From Thermoplasmata archaeon (lineage in GTDB: Archaea > Thermoplasmatota > E2 > JACPAO01 > JAHFTW01): DNA of 64,000 nt. This document shows, piece after piece, positions 1 through 10,680 of the stretch. The stretch is from the NCBI GenBank assembly GCA_034667725.1, contig JAXDQS010000003.1, forward strand, positions 352,001-416,000, written 5' to 3'. Both the position numbers and the translations under genes were made by a program. Numbering within the stretch: the stretch's first letter is position 1; each line of letters opens with the position of its first letter. Under the pieces are notes generated by a model that saw nothing but the letters and a program-made list of their open reading frames with translations, searched no databases and was not told the DNA's origin.

Positions 1-422
1 TCCAGCACTTGGTTCATGCAGGCGGCGATGCGGTCGAGGCAGGCGTCGCGGACCCGACGGTCGTCCCTGAGCTTCTTGTCCTCCTCGCAGTGGCTCCCGG
101 GGTGGAAGTTGAGGTAGTGGACGCCGAGCAGCTCGCTGCGCTGGTACTCGTCCAAGAAGGCAAGGCGGGCCTGCTCGCGCTTGCCGTCGTCCGGGTGGCC
201 CATGTTGATGAGGTACGAGTCGTGCACCATGAGGGGCCCGACCTTGGCGGCGGCCACCGCGTCCCGGAACGCCTTGGCGTCCTCGGGCGCGATGGGCTTC
301 GCCTTCCACTGGCGCTGGTTCTTGCAGAACATCTGCAGCGCGTCGCCGCCGATCGCGACGCACTCCGCGACCGCGTTGTGGAGTCCCCCGGCGATGGAGT
401 TGTGGGCGCCGAGCTTCATCAT
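1..422 (-). CDS. nfo: Endonuclease IV (AP endonuclease), 3' part outside window
   Basis: Hand translation, not in the ORF track: MMKLGAHNSIAGGLHNAV...LQMFCKNQRQW...VHDSYLINMG...LNFHPGSH, matching the Nfo motifs GAH.SIAGG, H..YLIN and HPG. Confidence 0.93.
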   Translation of the reverse strand, partial: MMKLGAHNSIAGGLHNAVAECVAIGGDALQMFCKNQRQWKAKPIAPEDAKAFRDAVAAAKVGPLMVHDSYLINMGHPDDGKREQARLAFLDEYQRSELLGVHYLNFHPGSHCEEDKKLRDDRRVRDACLDRIAACMNQVL

Positions 423-451
423 GGCAGGCGCGCCAAGCCGCGGCCCCGGGT

Positions 452-1081
452 TTACTTTTTGGCCTTCACGACGGCCTTGACGGCGCCGTTGTGCGCGGCC
501 TGGAAGTACGCCTGCGACTTCTTCGGGTCCGCCACCATCGCGGGCGCGCCGGGCTTCCAGTCGGCGGGGCAGACCTCGCCGTGCGTCTCGTTGTGCTGCA
601 AGGCGTCCACGACGCGGATGGCCTCGTCGATGCTGCGGCCCAGCGGATGGTCGTTGACGAGGGCCTGGCGCACGACGCCCTTGCGGTCGATCAGGAACAG
701 GCCACGGTAGGCGGTGCCGTCGTCGGCCAGCACGTCGTAGGCGTTGACGATGGTGCGCTTCAGGTCGGCCACGAGCGGGTAGCGGACGTCGCCGATGCCG
801 CCCTGGCTGCGGGGCGTGTTCTTCCAGGCGAGGTGGCTGAACTCGGAGTCCACGCTGACGCCGACGACCTGGACGTTGCGCTGCTCGAACTCGGCCACGC
901 GGTCGCTGAACGCGATGATCTCCGTCGGGCAGACGAACGTGAAGTCCAGGGGATAGAAGAACAGCAGCGTGTACTTCGGCGACTTGCCCGACCAGTTCTT
1001 GGACAGCGTGTAGTCGACGAAGTCTTGGCCGACGACGGCCTTGGCGGTGAAGTCGGGGGCAGGCTTGCCAACGAGGACCAT
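452..1081 (-). CDS. ahpC: Typical 2-Cys peroxiredoxin (AhpC/TSA)
   Basis: [13 protein letters not shown] and GEVCPADW motifs; start taken at [11 protein letters not shown]. Confidence 0.95.
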   Translation of the reverse strand: MVLVGKPAPDFTAKAVVGQDFVDYTLSKNWSGKSPKYTLLFFYPLDFTFVCPTEIIAFSDRVAEFEQRNVQVVGVSVDSEFSHLAWKNTPRSQGGIGDVRYPLVADLKRTIVNAYDVLADDGTAYRGLFLIDRKGVVRQALVNDHPLGRSIDEAIRVVDALQHNETHGEVCPADWKPGAPAMVADPKKSQAYFQAAHNGAVKAVVKAKK

Positions 1082-1255
1082 GGGCCGGCCGACGAAGGGG
1101 GGCGCTTTAGGGGTTCTGGCAGGAGTGGGCTCCAATCCCATGCTGGAAAAGCAAGCAGATCGGGCCGATTGTTGATGGAAAAGCCGCGATTAGCCAAAAC
1201 CTTCATGGGAGACACAAGGGTCCGACGTTCGGTCTTCGGACCAAGGTTGAACACC

Positions 1256-1576
1256 ATGAACAAGACAATCGTGCTAGGAATCGTATTGCTGATGTTGGGG
1301 ACGCTGGCCTTGGTCCCATCGGCGGCGGCGCAAAAGCCAAAGCCCATTGACTGCACCATTCATGGGCCCCCGCGGGGAACCATTGTCGGAGAGGTCCTCT
1401 ACATGGCGGGGGTCGCCGTCGAAGGCGCCTGCATCATCGCGAACCTCGCCGCGGATGGAAGCAAGGAAACAATCGACCGCACGCTTGATTACGCCGACGA
1501 AACAGTTAGCCGTACGCGTGCGATGGCCATGGAAGTAGTGCACAGCTGGTGCGTCATTGTCGGCCTCCCGTGCTAA
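1256..1576 (+). CDS. Small secreted hypothetical protein (106 aa)
   Basis: MNKTIVLGIVLLMLGTLALVPSAAA signal peptide; four Cys; lower-GC patch. Confidence 0.65.
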   Translation: MNKTIVLGIVLLMLGTLALVPSAAAQKPKPIDCTIHGPPRGTIVGEVLYMAGVAVEGACIIANLAADGSKETIDRTLDYADETVSRTRAMAMEVVHSWCVIVGLPC

Positions 1577-1785
1577 CCTTCAGATTTCCTGATGAACAGG
1601 CCCTGACGGAGTTCTCTTCGTAAGAAGCCTAGGAAGGACCTTTTTCTTTTTTCGGCACAGCTTTTGCACTTCAAATCAAAGGCAAGCGGGCCAACCACGA
1701 ATTGCACGCCCGAAGTTTCGTGCACTTTATGGGATTCGTGGTCTGCATGGGCCTTCACCATCTGGCGTGCAAAACCCCTTGGCAC
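1573..1785 (-). CDS. Possible small basic protein with His residues and CKSC
   Basis: ORF overlapping the neighbouring stop; AT-rich; no recognisable family. Confidence 0.3.
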   Translation of the reverse strand: MPRGFARQMVKAHADHESHKVHETSGVQFVVGPLAFDLKCKSCAEKRKRSFLGFLRRELRQGLFIRKSEG

Positions 1786-1824
1786 GCGTTCAATCCGTGC
1801 CGCCAGCCGGACCGCAAGCGACGT

Positions 1825-3159
1825 TTATTCGGGAACCGTCACCAATCCCCTCAACTGCACCGCTTCCGCCACCCGCCCCACCGCGACGACGTACGCCGCG
1901 GTGCGCATGTCGGTCTTGAGGCGCTTGTGGGTCTCGTAAACCGCCTTGAACGCGGCCGTCATCTTGGCGTCGAGCTTCTGGTAGACCTCCTCGGCCGGCC
2001 AGTAGTAGCCGTAGAGGTTCTGGACCCATTCGAAGTAGGACACGGTGACGCCGCCGGAGTTGGCGAGGAAGTCCGGGATCTGCAGGATGCCCTTCTGGAA
2101 CAGGATCTTGTCGGCCTCGGGGGTGGTGGGGCCGTTGGCGAGCTCGACGACGATGCGGGCCTTGACCTTGGCCGCGTTGCCTTGGTGGAGTTGGTTCTCG
2201 ATGCCGGCGGGGATGAGGACGTCGACGTCCAGCTCCAGGAGCTCCTCGTTGGTGATGCGGCGGGTGCTGGGGAAGCCTTGGACGACGCCCTTGCGCTCCT
2301 TGAAGTCGGCCAGCTTGGCGTAGTCGAGGCCGGTGGGGCTGTAGACGCCGCCCTTGGAGTCGGACACGGCGACGACCTTGGCGCCGAACATCTCGGTGAC
2401 GAGCTTGTGGGCGAACTGGCCGGCGTTGCCGAAGCCTTGGATGGCGACGGTGGCGCCCTTGAGCTTGAGGCCGATCTCGCGGGCGGCTTCCCGGAGGTGG
2501 TACATGCCGCCGCGGGCGGTGGCGTCGCCGCGTCCGGCCGAGCCGCCCAAAGGCAGCGGCTTGCCCGTGATGAAGCCGGGCTCGTTGGCGCCGTGGATGA
2601 CCGACATCTCGTCCATCATCCAGGCCATGATTTGGGGCGTGGTGTAGACGTCGGGGGCGGGGACGTCCTTGTAGGTGCCGACGATCTGGTGGACGGCGCG
2701 CACCCAGCCGCGGCTCAGGCGCTCCAATTCGCCGGCGCTCATCGCCTTGGGGTCGCAGATGACGCCGCCCTTGCCGCCGCCGTAGGGAATGTCCGCGACG
2801 GCGCACTTCCAGGTCATCCAGGCCGCGAGGGCGCGCACGGTGTCGGCGGTCTCCTCGGGGTGGTAGCGGATGCCGCCCTTGGTGGGGCCGCGGGCGTCGT
2901 TGTATTGGCAGCGGAAGCCGGTGAACGTCTTGGTGGTGCCGTCGTCCATCCGCACCGGGATGCGGACCTGGAGGAACCGTTGCGGCTCGGAGAGGTACTC
3001 GTGCATCGCGGCGTCGAGGCCCATGACCTTGGCGGCCTTGGCCAACTGGGACTGGGCGATGCGGAAGGGGTTGAGCTCCTCCTGCGCCGGCAGGTGGCCG
3101 TTGGCCTCCAGGCGGACGATGGTCTTGCTTGGGCGCGGCTGCGTGACGGTCTTGGCCAT
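1825..3159 (-). CDS. gdhA: Glutamate dehydrogenase (Glu/Leu/Phe/Val DH family)
   Basis: [45 protein letters not shown]. Confidence 0.96.
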   Translation of the reverse strand: MAKTVTQPRPSKTIVRLEANGHLPAQEELNPFRIAQSQLAKAAKVMGLDAAMHEYLSEPQRFLQVRIPVRMDDGTTKTFTGFRCQYNDARGPTKGGIRYHPEETADTVRALAAWMTWKCAVADIPYGGGKGGVICDPKAMSAGELERLSRGWVRAVHQIVGTYKDVPAPDVYTTPQIMAWMMDEMSVIHGANEPGFITGKPLPLGGSAGRGDATARGGMYHLREAAREIGLKLKGATVAIQGFGNAGQFAHKLVTEMFGAKVVAVSDSKGGVYSPTGLDYAKLADFKERKGVVQGFPSTRRITNEELLELDVDVLIPAGIENQLHQGNAAKVKARIVVELANGPTTPEADKILFQKGILQIPDFLANSGGVTVSYFEWVQNLYGYYWPAEEVYQKLDAKMTAAFKAVYETHKRLKTDMRTAAYVVAVGRVAEAVQLRGLVTVPE

Positions 3160-3248
3160 GGAAGCACCCCAAAAGGAGGTGCGTCGGGATGTTGGGTGCC
3201 GCACTTGAAGGTGATGCACCTGCACCGTTCAGCCGATGGCCTCTGGGC

Positions 3249-3488
3249 TCAGACGTTCACGACGGCCTTGACTTCGGGCACCCGCTCCTTCAGGATGCGC
3301 TCGATGCCGGCCTGCAAGGTCAGCGTGCTCATCCCGCACCCCTGGCACGCGCCGTGCATCCGCAACTGGACGACGCCGGTGTCCTCGGAGAAGTCCACCA
3401 GCTCCGCGTCGCCGCCGTCGAACTGCAGCGCCGGCCGGATCTCGTCGAGCGCCGCCTGCACCCGCACCAACAGCTCCTCTTTGCTCAT
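3249..3488 (-). CDS. NifU/NfuA C-terminal-type Fe-S cluster carrier
   Basis: IRPALQFDGGD...GACQGC motif. Confidence 0.93.
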   Translation of the reverse strand: MSKEELLVRVQAALDEIRPALQFDGGDAELVDFSEDTGVVQLRMHGACQGCGMSTLTLQAGIERILKERVPEVKAVVNV

Positions 3489-3570
3489 CGCTGGTTTTCA
3501 GGGTGGAGCTTCGCTTAAGGCTTGGCGGTGGGGGCGGCGGGTTCATGAGGTCCCCCGCCCCCTTGGGAGC

Positions 3571-4341
3571 GTGCGCCTGCCCGCCTTCCTCGCGCTGCTC
3601 CTGCTGGCCGGCTGCCTGTCGCCGCCGCCTGCGGACGACTGGAGGCCGATGGCCTGCGCCGGGGGCACCGAGCGCTCCGCCAACGCGTCGCTGGCGGCGT
3701 TCTGGGCGGGCTCCCCCGAGACGGTCGCGCGCCGGGTGGGCGACGCCTTGGACGAGCCCGTGCGCGCCCGCGCCGAGGCGAGCGGGTGGGCGTGGACGAC
3801 GCCGCACGGCACCATCCGGGTCGAGCCCGAGGTGCCGATGGTGTCGTTCTTCGGCACCGGCGAGGCGTGGCTCGACGCGGCGCGGATGCAGCGGGCCTTG
3901 GAGCGGCTGGGCGTCTGGGACGAGGTGGCCGCCGAGCCCGACGGCGACTGGTCGACGACGTACCTCCAGCGTTGGGCGGGCGCCGCCGTCGCGCGGGCGT
4001 CGTTTTCGAGCACGCCGGACCACGTGAGCGAGGGCGCGGGCTACGGCACCTTCACGGACATGAACCTCGGCGACCTGCGCGACCTGTCCGGCGCCGCCGC
4101 CCGCCTGACGCGCGCCGAGGCCGAGGCGAAGGCGGCGGCGTTCGTGGCGTGCCGCGGCGACTGGCCGCAGGCGGCCTTGCAGCATGGCGGCGGCTTCGAC
4201 GTGGCGGCCGACTCGCTGGCGCACCGCGTCACGTACGGCTACCCGACGCCGGACGAGCACTGCACGACGTCGTACGTCGACGTGCTCGTGGACGCGATGA
4301 CGGGGACCGTGCTGGCGGCCGAGCCGAGCCTGTGCGCCTGA
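3571..4341 (+). CDS. Putative lipoprotein with a C-terminal PepSY-like segment
   Basis: GTG start, RLPAFLALLLLAGC lipobox; C-terminal LTRAEAEAKA...VLVDAMTGTVL. Confidence 0.7.
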   Translation: MRLPAFLALLLLAGCLSPPPADDWRPMACAGGTERSANASLAAFWAGSPETVARRVGDALDEPVRARAEASGWAWTTPHGTIRVEPEVPMVSFFGTGEAWLDAARMQRALERLGVWDEVAAEPDGDWSTTYLQRWAGAAVARASFSSTPDHVSEGAGYGTFTDMNLGDLRDLSGAAARLTRAEAEAKAAAFVACRGDWPQAALQHGGGFDVAADSLAHRVTYGYPTPDEHCTTSYVDVLVDAMTGTVLAAEPSLCA

Positions 4342-5910
4342 TCAGAGGCCGAGCAGGCTCGCGGCCGCCTTGAACGAGGCGTCCATGAACGGCTGCGGCC
4401 AGACGCCCATCACGACGATGGCGACCGCGCACACCAGCACCGCGGCCATGACGCCGACGGGCGCGTCGAGGCGGCCGGGCTCGCCTTCCTCGACCCACAT
4501 CGCGCGCATGACGCGGAGATAGTAGTACAGCGAGATGGCGGAGTTGACGACGGCCGCGATGGCGATCCAGAGCAGCCAGCCCATCTGGTGGGTGGTGGCG
4601 GCGTCGACGGCGCCCGAGAACAGCACGAGCTTGCTCTGGAAGCCGCCGAGCGGGGGCAGGCCGGCCATCGACAGCAGGAACAGCGTCATGCAGAACGCCA
4701 GCACGGGAGCGCGCCGGCCGAGGCCGCGCCAGCCTTCGACGGTGTCGGGGACGCCGGCGAACAGCACGGCACCCACCACGAGGAAGGCGCCGAGCTTCAT
4801 GGCGGCGTTCGTCATGAGGTGGAAGTAGCCGCCGCCGAGGGCGAACACGGCGGTCGAGGCGCCGGGGCCGACGCCGCCCGCCATGGCGCCCACCACGATG
4901 GGGGCGATGAGGAGGTAGCCGGCCTGGGCGATGGCGGAGTAGGCCAGCATGCGGCGCAGGTTGGTCTGCTGGAGGGCGACCAGGTTGCCGAAGAACATGC
5001 TCGCCAGTGCTACCAAAGCCAATGCGTATTGCCAGTCGCTGGCGCTGCCGACGAGGCCGACGAGGAAGACGTTGAAGACGGCGGCGAAGCCCATCGCCTT
5101 GCTGCCGGCGGCGAGCATCCCGGCGACGGGGACGGGGGCGCCGGAGTAGACGTCGGGGGCCCAGGCGTGGAACGGCACGCTGCTGATCTTGAAGCCGAGG
5201 CCGGCCAGCACCAAGACGGTGGCCATGAGGCTGATGCCGGCGAACGGGCCGCCCGAGAACGCGGCGCCGGTGAGCGACGAGATGTGGGTGGTGCCGGCGA
5301 TGCCGTAGAGCAGGCTGACGCCGAACAGCAAGAGGCCGCTGGAGACGGCGCCGACGGTGAAGTACTTCAGGCTGGCCTCGGCGCCGACGCGGTCGCGCCG
5401 GAAGCCGGCCAGGAGGTAGCTGCACATGCTGGCCATCTCGATGCCGAGCACCAGGACGATGAGGTCGGTGGCGGAGGCGACGACCATCATGCCGAGGGTG
5501 GCGAACAGGATGAGGCTGCAGAACTCGCCCCAGTCCTCCTCGGCCCTGCCCCGAAGGGGGCGGCCGACGCCGAGGATGGCGACGAAGGCGACGGCGAGCA
5601 CGATGAGCTTCAGCAGCTGGCTGGCATACGTGACCTGGTATGCGTTCCACAGGGTGACGCCGATGCCGACCATCGAGAACTCGCGCTCGACGACGGGGAT
5701 GGTGAAGTGCCAGTCCAGCAGGCTTCCGAGCGTCATGAGGATGGCGCCGCCGAGGCCGAACAGGGTGAAGTTGCGCATGCCGCGGCGGTCGTTGTCCGAG
5801 AGCGCGACGAGCGGGGCCAGGAGGCCGAACAGCAGCAGGATGAGCTCGGGGACCAGGCCTTGCAGGCTGACGCCGTTGACCATGTCGCCGACCCAGGAGA
5901 AGTCGACCAT
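4342..5910 (-). CDS. nuoN: Complex I-like subunit N
   Basis: EASLKYF, GFKISSVPFHAWAPDVY, AGLPPLGGF. Confidence 0.95.
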   Translation of the reverse strand: MVDFSWVGDMVNGVSLQGLVPELILLLFGLLAPLVALSDNDRRGMRNFTLFGLGGAILMTLGSLLDWHFTIPVVEREFSMVGIGVTLWNAYQVTYASQLLKLIVLAVAFVAILGVGRPLRGRAEEDWGEFCSLILFATLGMMVVASATDLIVLVLGIEMASMCSYLLAGFRRDRVGAEASLKYFTVGAVSSGLLLFGVSLLYGIAGTTHISSLTGAAFSGGPFAGISLMATVLVLAGLGFKISSVPFHAWAPDVYSGAPVPVAGMLAAGSKAMGFAAVFNVFLVGLVGSASDWQYALALVALASMFFGNLVALQQTNLRRMLAYSAIAQAGYLLIAPIVVGAMAGGVGPGASTAVFALGGGYFHLMTNAAMKLGAFLVVGAVLFAGVPDTVEGWRGLGRRAPVLAFCMTLFLLSMAGLPPLGGFQSKLVLFSGAVDAATTHQMGWLLWIAIAAVVNSAISLYYYLRVMRAMWVEEGEPGRLDAPVGVMAAVLVCAVAIVVMGVWPQPFMDASFKAAASLLGL

Positions 5911-7434
5911 CTAAGTGCCTCCGAGGAAGGCCAGGAGGCCCAAGGTCCAGTCGTTCATCTGGCCCATCAAGAGGCCGGGCAGGATGCCGAACAGCAGAGC
6001 CAGCAGGATGAGGGCGACCATGGCCCACTGCTCGGTGCGCGGGACGTCGTGGATGTGGTGCCAGTCGACGTCGGGGTGGCGGCGCTCGGGGCCGTAGAAC
6101 GCGCGCTGGAGGGCCCAGAGGTAGTAGCCGGCGGTGACGAGGATGCTCCAGATGGGCAGCAGGATCCACCAGCCGAACGCCTGCCAGACGCCGGCGAAGA
6201 TGGTGAACTCGGCGATGAAGCCCATCAGGCCGGGCAGGCCGAGGCTGGCCAGGAACAGCGTGGCGGTGAGGCCGGTGAGCTTCGGCACCGTGGCGCCGAC
6301 GCCGCCGAGCCGGGACACCAGGCGGGTGCCGGTGGCGTGCTGGAGGGAGCCGGCGGCCATGAACATCCCGGCGCTGATGACGCCGTGGGCGATGTTCATG
6401 TAGGCGGCGCCCGCGAGGCCGAGCGGCGTCATGGTGGCGAGCGCGATGGTGATCATGCCCATGTGCGAGACCGACGAGTAGGCGATCAGGCTCTTCATGT
6501 CGTCCTGGGCGAGGCAGAGGAAGGCGCCGTAGAGGACGGACACGGTGCCGAGGACGAAGAACAGCCACTGGTAGGACCAGCCGAACGCGAACAGGCCGAG
6601 GTCCACCGTGTGCATCAGGGTGAAGGCGTCGCCGAACATCGGGATGGCGATGCGCATCAGGCCGTAGCTGCCCATCTTCAGCAGCACTCCGGCCAAGAGG
6701 ACGGAGCCGGCGGTGGGGGCCTGGACGTGGGCGTCGGGGAGCCAGGTATGGAACGGCGCGCTCGGCATCTTGACGAGGAAGCCGAGGGCCAAGAGGCCGA
6801 ACGCGATGGCGGCGAAGTCGGCGGCGAGGGCCGCGTGCTGGAACTGCGCGACGATGGTGGGGATGCTCCAGGTGCCGCCGGCGGCGAACGCGACCGCCAT
6901 GAAGCCGACCAGCATCACCAGCGAGGCGGCGCCGGTGTAGACGAAGAACTTGGTGCTGGCGTACTTCCGGTTGGGCCCGCCCCAGACCGCGATGAGGAAG
7001 TACATCGGGATCAGGACGAACTCCCAGAAGACGTAGAACAGCAGCAGGTCGAGCGCGGAGAACACGCCCATGACGCTGGCGTTCAGGAGCAGGATGAGGC
7101 TGTAGAACATCTTGGGCTTGTGCGCCTCGTTCCACGAGTACAGGATGACAAGCGGCGTCAGGAGCGCGGTCAGCCAGGCCAGCGAGGCGCTGAGGCCGTC
7201 GACGCCGAACTCCAGGTTGGCGTTGATGGCGGGGATCCAGGCCCACTTGACATGGTCGATGTAGCCGCCGCCTCCGCCGATGCCGGCCTGCCAGAACAGC
7301 ACGGAGGTGATGGCAAGTGCTGGGGCGCAGAACGCCAACGCGACGAGGCGGCTGGTGCGGGCGGAGGCGCGGGCGGTCGCCAGGGCCCCGACCAGGGTGG
7401 TGGCGATCGCGATGGGCATGAGGCCGTCGATCAT
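5911..7434 (-). CDS. nuoM: Complex I-like subunit M
   Basis: FYVFWE, PFHTWLPDAHVQAPT, LLKMGSYG. Confidence 0.95.
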   Translation of the reverse strand: MIDGLMPIAIATTLVGALATARASARTSRLVALAFCAPALAITSVLFWQAGIGGGGGYIDHVKWAWIPAINANLEFGVDGLSASLAWLTALLTPLVILYSWNEAHKPKMFYSLILLLNASVMGVFSALDLLLFYVFWEFVLIPMYFLIAVWGGPNRKYASTKFFVYTGAASLVMLVGFMAVAFAAGGTWSIPTIVAQFQHAALAADFAAIAFGLLALGFLVKMPSAPFHTWLPDAHVQAPTAGSVLLAGVLLKMGSYGLMRIAIPMFGDAFTLMHTVDLGLFAFGWSYQWLFFVLGTVSVLYGAFLCLAQDDMKSLIAYSSVSHMGMITIALATMTPLGLAGAAYMNIAHGVISAGMFMAAGSLQHATGTRLVSRLGGVGATVPKLTGLTATLFLASLGLPGLMGFIAEFTIFAGVWQAFGWWILLPIWSILVTAGYYLWALQRAFYGPERRHPDVDWHHIHDVPRTEQWAMVALILLALLFGILPGLLMGQMNDWTLGLLAFLGGT

Positions 7435-9449
7435 GGCAGCCACCCCAGGCGCGGGAGGACTTGGCTCACGAACAGGAGGAGCACGGTGAGGCCGACGGCG
7501 ACGCTTGCGACGTAGGTGGTGAGGCGGCCGTCCTGCCAGCGGCGGGCGCGGGCGCCGGCGTTGTCGGTGCGGTGGGCGATGCCGTTGACGGCGCCGTCGA
7601 TGCCCTTGCGGTCGAACCAGTCGCTGAGGCGGGCGATGCCGTAGGCGACCGTGTTGCCGAGCGGGTTGTAGATGCCCTGCGTCACGTAGTAGCGGTTGTA
7701 GAGGAGGCCGCGCCAGCCGCGGGTCGGCGTCTCCTCCTCGCTGCGCGGGAGGCCCTTGCGGTAGCGGGCGCGCGCCACCAGGATGCCCGTGACGGCGACG
7801 CCGAGGCTGAGGTAGGTGAGCGGGCTCGCCAGGATGTGGCCCAAGGTGTAGCCGGGGTCGTGGACGAGGTGGACGCCTTCATGCTCGAAGGCGACGAGGG
7901 GCTGGGCGATGAGCTCTCCAAAGCCGCCGGCGAAGCTTGTGACCAGCCACAGGCCGGCGATGGCGGCGAAGACGGCGAGGACCATGAGCGGGACCGTCAT
8001 GACGGCGGGCGACTCGTGGGCGTGCTCGGCGGATTCCGTGCGGGGCCGGCCGTAGAAGGCGAGCCACATCATGCGGAACATGTAGAACGCGGTCAGCCCG
8101 GCGGTCAGGATGCCCATGGCCCACAGCAGCGTGAACATGGGGTTGAGGTGGCCGGCCTCGAAGGCGGTGCTGAGGACCTCGTCCTTCGACCAGAAGCCGC
8201 TCAGGGGGATGATGCCCGCGATCGCGAGCGAGCCGATGAGCATGGTGGCGTGCGTGGTGGGCATGTGCTTGCGCAGGCCGCCCATCTCGCGCAGGTCCTG
8301 GTGGTGGTGCATCCCGAGGATGACCGAGGCGCTGCCCAGGAACAGGAGGGCCTTGAAGAAGGCGTGGTTCATCAGGTGCAGCAGGGCGGCGACGAAGCCG
8401 AGGGCGCTGCCGGTGTGCATGAACAGGACGCCGCCGGCGCCGAGGGCGAGGAACATGTAGCCAAGCTGCGACAGCGTGGAGAACGCCAGCACGCGCTTGA
8501 TGTCGGTCGCGACCAGGGCCATGGTGGCGGTGTAGAGGGCGGTGATGCCGCCGACCAGGCCGACCAGCAGGAACAGCGAGTCGCCGCTGGCGAACAGCAG
8601 CGGCCAGGAGCGGGCGACGAGGTAGACGCCGGCCTTGACCATGGTGGCGGCATGGATGAGCGCCGAGACGGTGGTGGGGCCTTCCATGGCGTCGGGCAGC
8701 CACAGGTCGAGCGGGAACTGGGCGGACTTGCCGACGGCGCCGAAGAAGATGAACAGGCCCGCGAAGAACGCCTCGGACTGGTGGGCGGCGAGGTCCATGG
8801 CGAACAGCTCGCGGTAGCTGAAGGTGCCGAACGTGGTCGCCAGGATGATGATGCCCAAAAACAGGAAGATGTCGCCGAGGCGGGTGGTCAGAAACGCCTT
8901 CTTGGCGGCGCTCGCGGCGCTGGCCTTGTGGTACCAGTAGCCGATGAGGAGGTACGAGCACAGGCCCATGACCTCCCAGAAGATGAACATCAGGAGGTAG
9001 TTGTCCATCACGACGGTGCCGAGCATCCCCGCGACGAACAGTGCCTTGACGGCGTAGTAGCGGCGGAGCTTGCTGTCCGGCTCGTCGGCCAGGTAGCCCG
9101 TCGAGAACACGATGATGAGGAACGAGAGCAGGCTGACCAGGGTCATCAGCCAGACGCTGAGGTTGTCCAGCAGGAAGCCGACGGTGAAGGTCATGTCGCC
9201 GACGACGAACCACTCCGTCTCCCATGCCATCGGCCCGCCGCCGCCGATCATGCGCAGGAAGAAGTAGAGGCTCGCGGCCAGGGAGCCGGCCACGGCCGCG
9301 ATGGGCAGCAGGGCGCCGCCGCGCCACATGCGCTTGCCGACGAGGAAGGTGATGGCGGCGGCCGCGATGGGCAGCAGCGGGATGGCGATGGCGAGCCAGA
9401 GCTCGGTGCCTGCCAGGTGCGCGATGTCGGCTGCGTGCTCGGTCGCCAA
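7431..9449 (-). CDS. nuoL: Complex I-like subunit L (TTG start)
   Basis: GKSAQFPLDLWLPDAMEGPTTVSALIHAATMV, HAFFKALLFL. Confidence 0.96.
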   Translation of the reverse strand: MATEHAADIAHLAGTELWLAIAIPLLPIAAAAITFLVGKRMWRGGALLPIAAVAGSLAASLYFFLRMIGGGGPMAWETEWFVVGDMTFTVGFLLDNLSVWLMTLVSLLSFLIIVFSTGYLADEPDSKLRRYYAVKALFVAGMLGTVVMDNYLLMFIFWEVMGLCSYLLIGYWYHKASAASAAKKAFLTTRLGDIFLFLGIIILATTFGTFSYRELFAMDLAAHQSEAFFAGLFIFFGAVGKSAQFPLDLWLPDAMEGPTTVSALIHAATMVKAGVYLVARSWPLLFASGDSLFLLVGLVGGITALYTATMALVATDIKRVLAFSTLSQLGYMFLALGAGGVLFMHTGSALGFVAALLHLMNHAFFKALLFLGSASVILGMHHHQDLREMGGLRKHMPTTHATMLIGSLAIAGIIPLSGFWSKDEVLSTAFEAGHLNPMFTLLWAMGILTAGLTAFYMFRMMWLAFYGRPRTESAEHAHESPAVMTVPLMVLAVFAAIAGLWLVTSFAGGFGELIAQPLVAFEHEGVHLVHDPGYTLGHILASPLTYLSLGVAVTGILVARARYRKGLPRSEEETPTRGWRGLLYNRYYVTQGIYNPLGNTVAYGIARLSDWFDRKGIDGAVNGIAHRTDNAGARARRWQDGRLTTYVASVAVGLTVLLLFVSQVLPRLGWLP

Positions 9450-9450
9450 G

Positions 9451-9753
9451 TTACCACCTCAGCTGCGTGTTGGCGTTGACGTCCACGGTCTTGGCGTGGC
9501 GGTACAGGTGAATCAGGATGCCCAGGCCGACGGCGGCCTCGGCGGCGGCCAAGGCGATGCTGAACAGCGTCAGCACGAGGCCGTTGGGGTCGCCGTGGTA
9601 GTTGGCGAACGCGACGAAGTTGATGTTGGCGGCGTTCAGCACCAGCTCGACCGAGACCAAGACCCGGAGGGCGTTGCGCTGGGTGAGGAGGCCGAGGACG
9701 CCGATGGCCAGGAGGGCGGCGGCGAGGGTGACGCTCCAGGCGACGGGGATCAC
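9451..9753 (-). CDS. nuoK: Complex I-like subunit K
   Basis: SVELVLNAANINF, LAAAEAAVGL; GTG start overlapping the nuoJ stop. Confidence 0.93.
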   Translation of the reverse strand: MIPVAWSVTLAAALLAIGVLGLLTQRNALRVLVSVELVLNAANINFVAFANYHGDPNGLVLTLFSIALAAAEAAVGLGILIHLYRHAKTVDVNANTQLRW

Positions 9754-10580
9754 TTGGGCACCTCCGAGACGCGCTGGGACTCGCGCACCTGCTCGGCGGT
9801 GACGCTCTGGTAGTGCGACTCGTCGGCCACGACGCCCATGGGGCGGGCGATGACGAGGGCGCCGATCATGACGGCGGTGAGCAGGATGCCGAGGACCTCG
9901 AGGGCGATGACCTGGGGGCCGAACATGACGGCGACGATGCCGTCGATGTCGTTGGCGGCGGCCTGGGTCGCCTCGGTGGCGCTGCCGGCCCAGGGGGCGA
10001 CCGCCATGGTGACGCCGACCATGAGGCCGAACAGGGCGGCCGCGACGGCGCCGCCCACGATGCGGCCCCAGGTCCAGGCGCGCAGGACGTGGTCGATGCC
10101 GATCCAGGCCACGATGGCGGCCACCACGACGGCGCCGAGGAACACGAGGCCCAAGACGAAGCCGAGGATCTCGCCGCCGACGCCGGGGACGCGGTTGTAG
10201 GCGACGTTGTAGGCGCGGTGGGCGTAGAGGAAGAACACGACGAGCGCCACGAGGGCGACGGCGATGCCGGCCATGGTGCTCCAGGCGCGGCTGCGCGGCG
10301 CCACGGTGGGCGGGATGGCCTCGGTGGCCTCGTCGCCGCTCACGAACATGACGGCGAAGATGAACAGCGTGAGGATGCCGCCGACGTAGACCAGGATTTG
10401 GATGACGCCGACGAGGGCGGAGCCGAGGAGGATGTAGAGCGCGGCGGCGGCCACCAGGGTGACGCCGAGGAACATGACGCTGTGGAAGGTGCGCTTGACC
10501 ATCGAGCTGGCCAAGGCGGAGGCAAGGAGGGTGAAGGCAATGGTGCCGAAGGCGATGGTCTCGCCGAGGTCGGGGCTCAT
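9750..10580 (-). CDS. nuoJ: Complex I-like subunit J (elongated, 276 aa)
   Basis: IQILVYVGGILTLFIFAVM, LEVLGILLTAVMIGA. Confidence 0.9.
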   Translation of the reverse strand: MSPDLGETIAFGTIAFTLLASALASSMVKRTFHSVMFLGVTLVAAAALYILLGSALVGVIQILVYVGGILTLFIFAVMFVSGDEATEAIPPTVAPRSRAWSTMAGIAVALVALVVFFLYAHRAYNVAYNRVPGVGGEILGFVLGLVFLGAVVVAAIVAWIGIDHVLRAWTWGRIVGGAVAAALFGLMVGVTMAVAPWAGSATEATQAAANDIDGIVAVMFGPQVIALEVLGILLTAVMIGALVIARPMGVVADESHYQSVTAEQVRESQRVSEVPK

Positions 10581-10597
10581 GGAGCCGCCTCCTGGCG

Positions 10598-10680
10598 AAC
10601 CACGGATCGCCCGGATTCCACGGATGCACGGTCGTTCCGTGCGATCCGTGCAATCCGTGGTTGGGCCACAAGGGCGAAGC
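10598..10680. repeat. Imperfect palindrome of CACGGATnn nonamers (nuoI-nuoJ spacer)
   Basis: AACCACGGATCGCCCGGATTCCACGGA ... TCCGTGCGATCCGTGCAATCCGTGGTT; related copy at 13405. Confidence 0.85.

Noticed and set aside
4588-9479. Very long antisense or alternate-frame ORFs (e.g. 975 aa, 1005 aa, and many others across the window)
   Set aside because: Shadow ORFs caused by high GC3; they overlap well-supported genes
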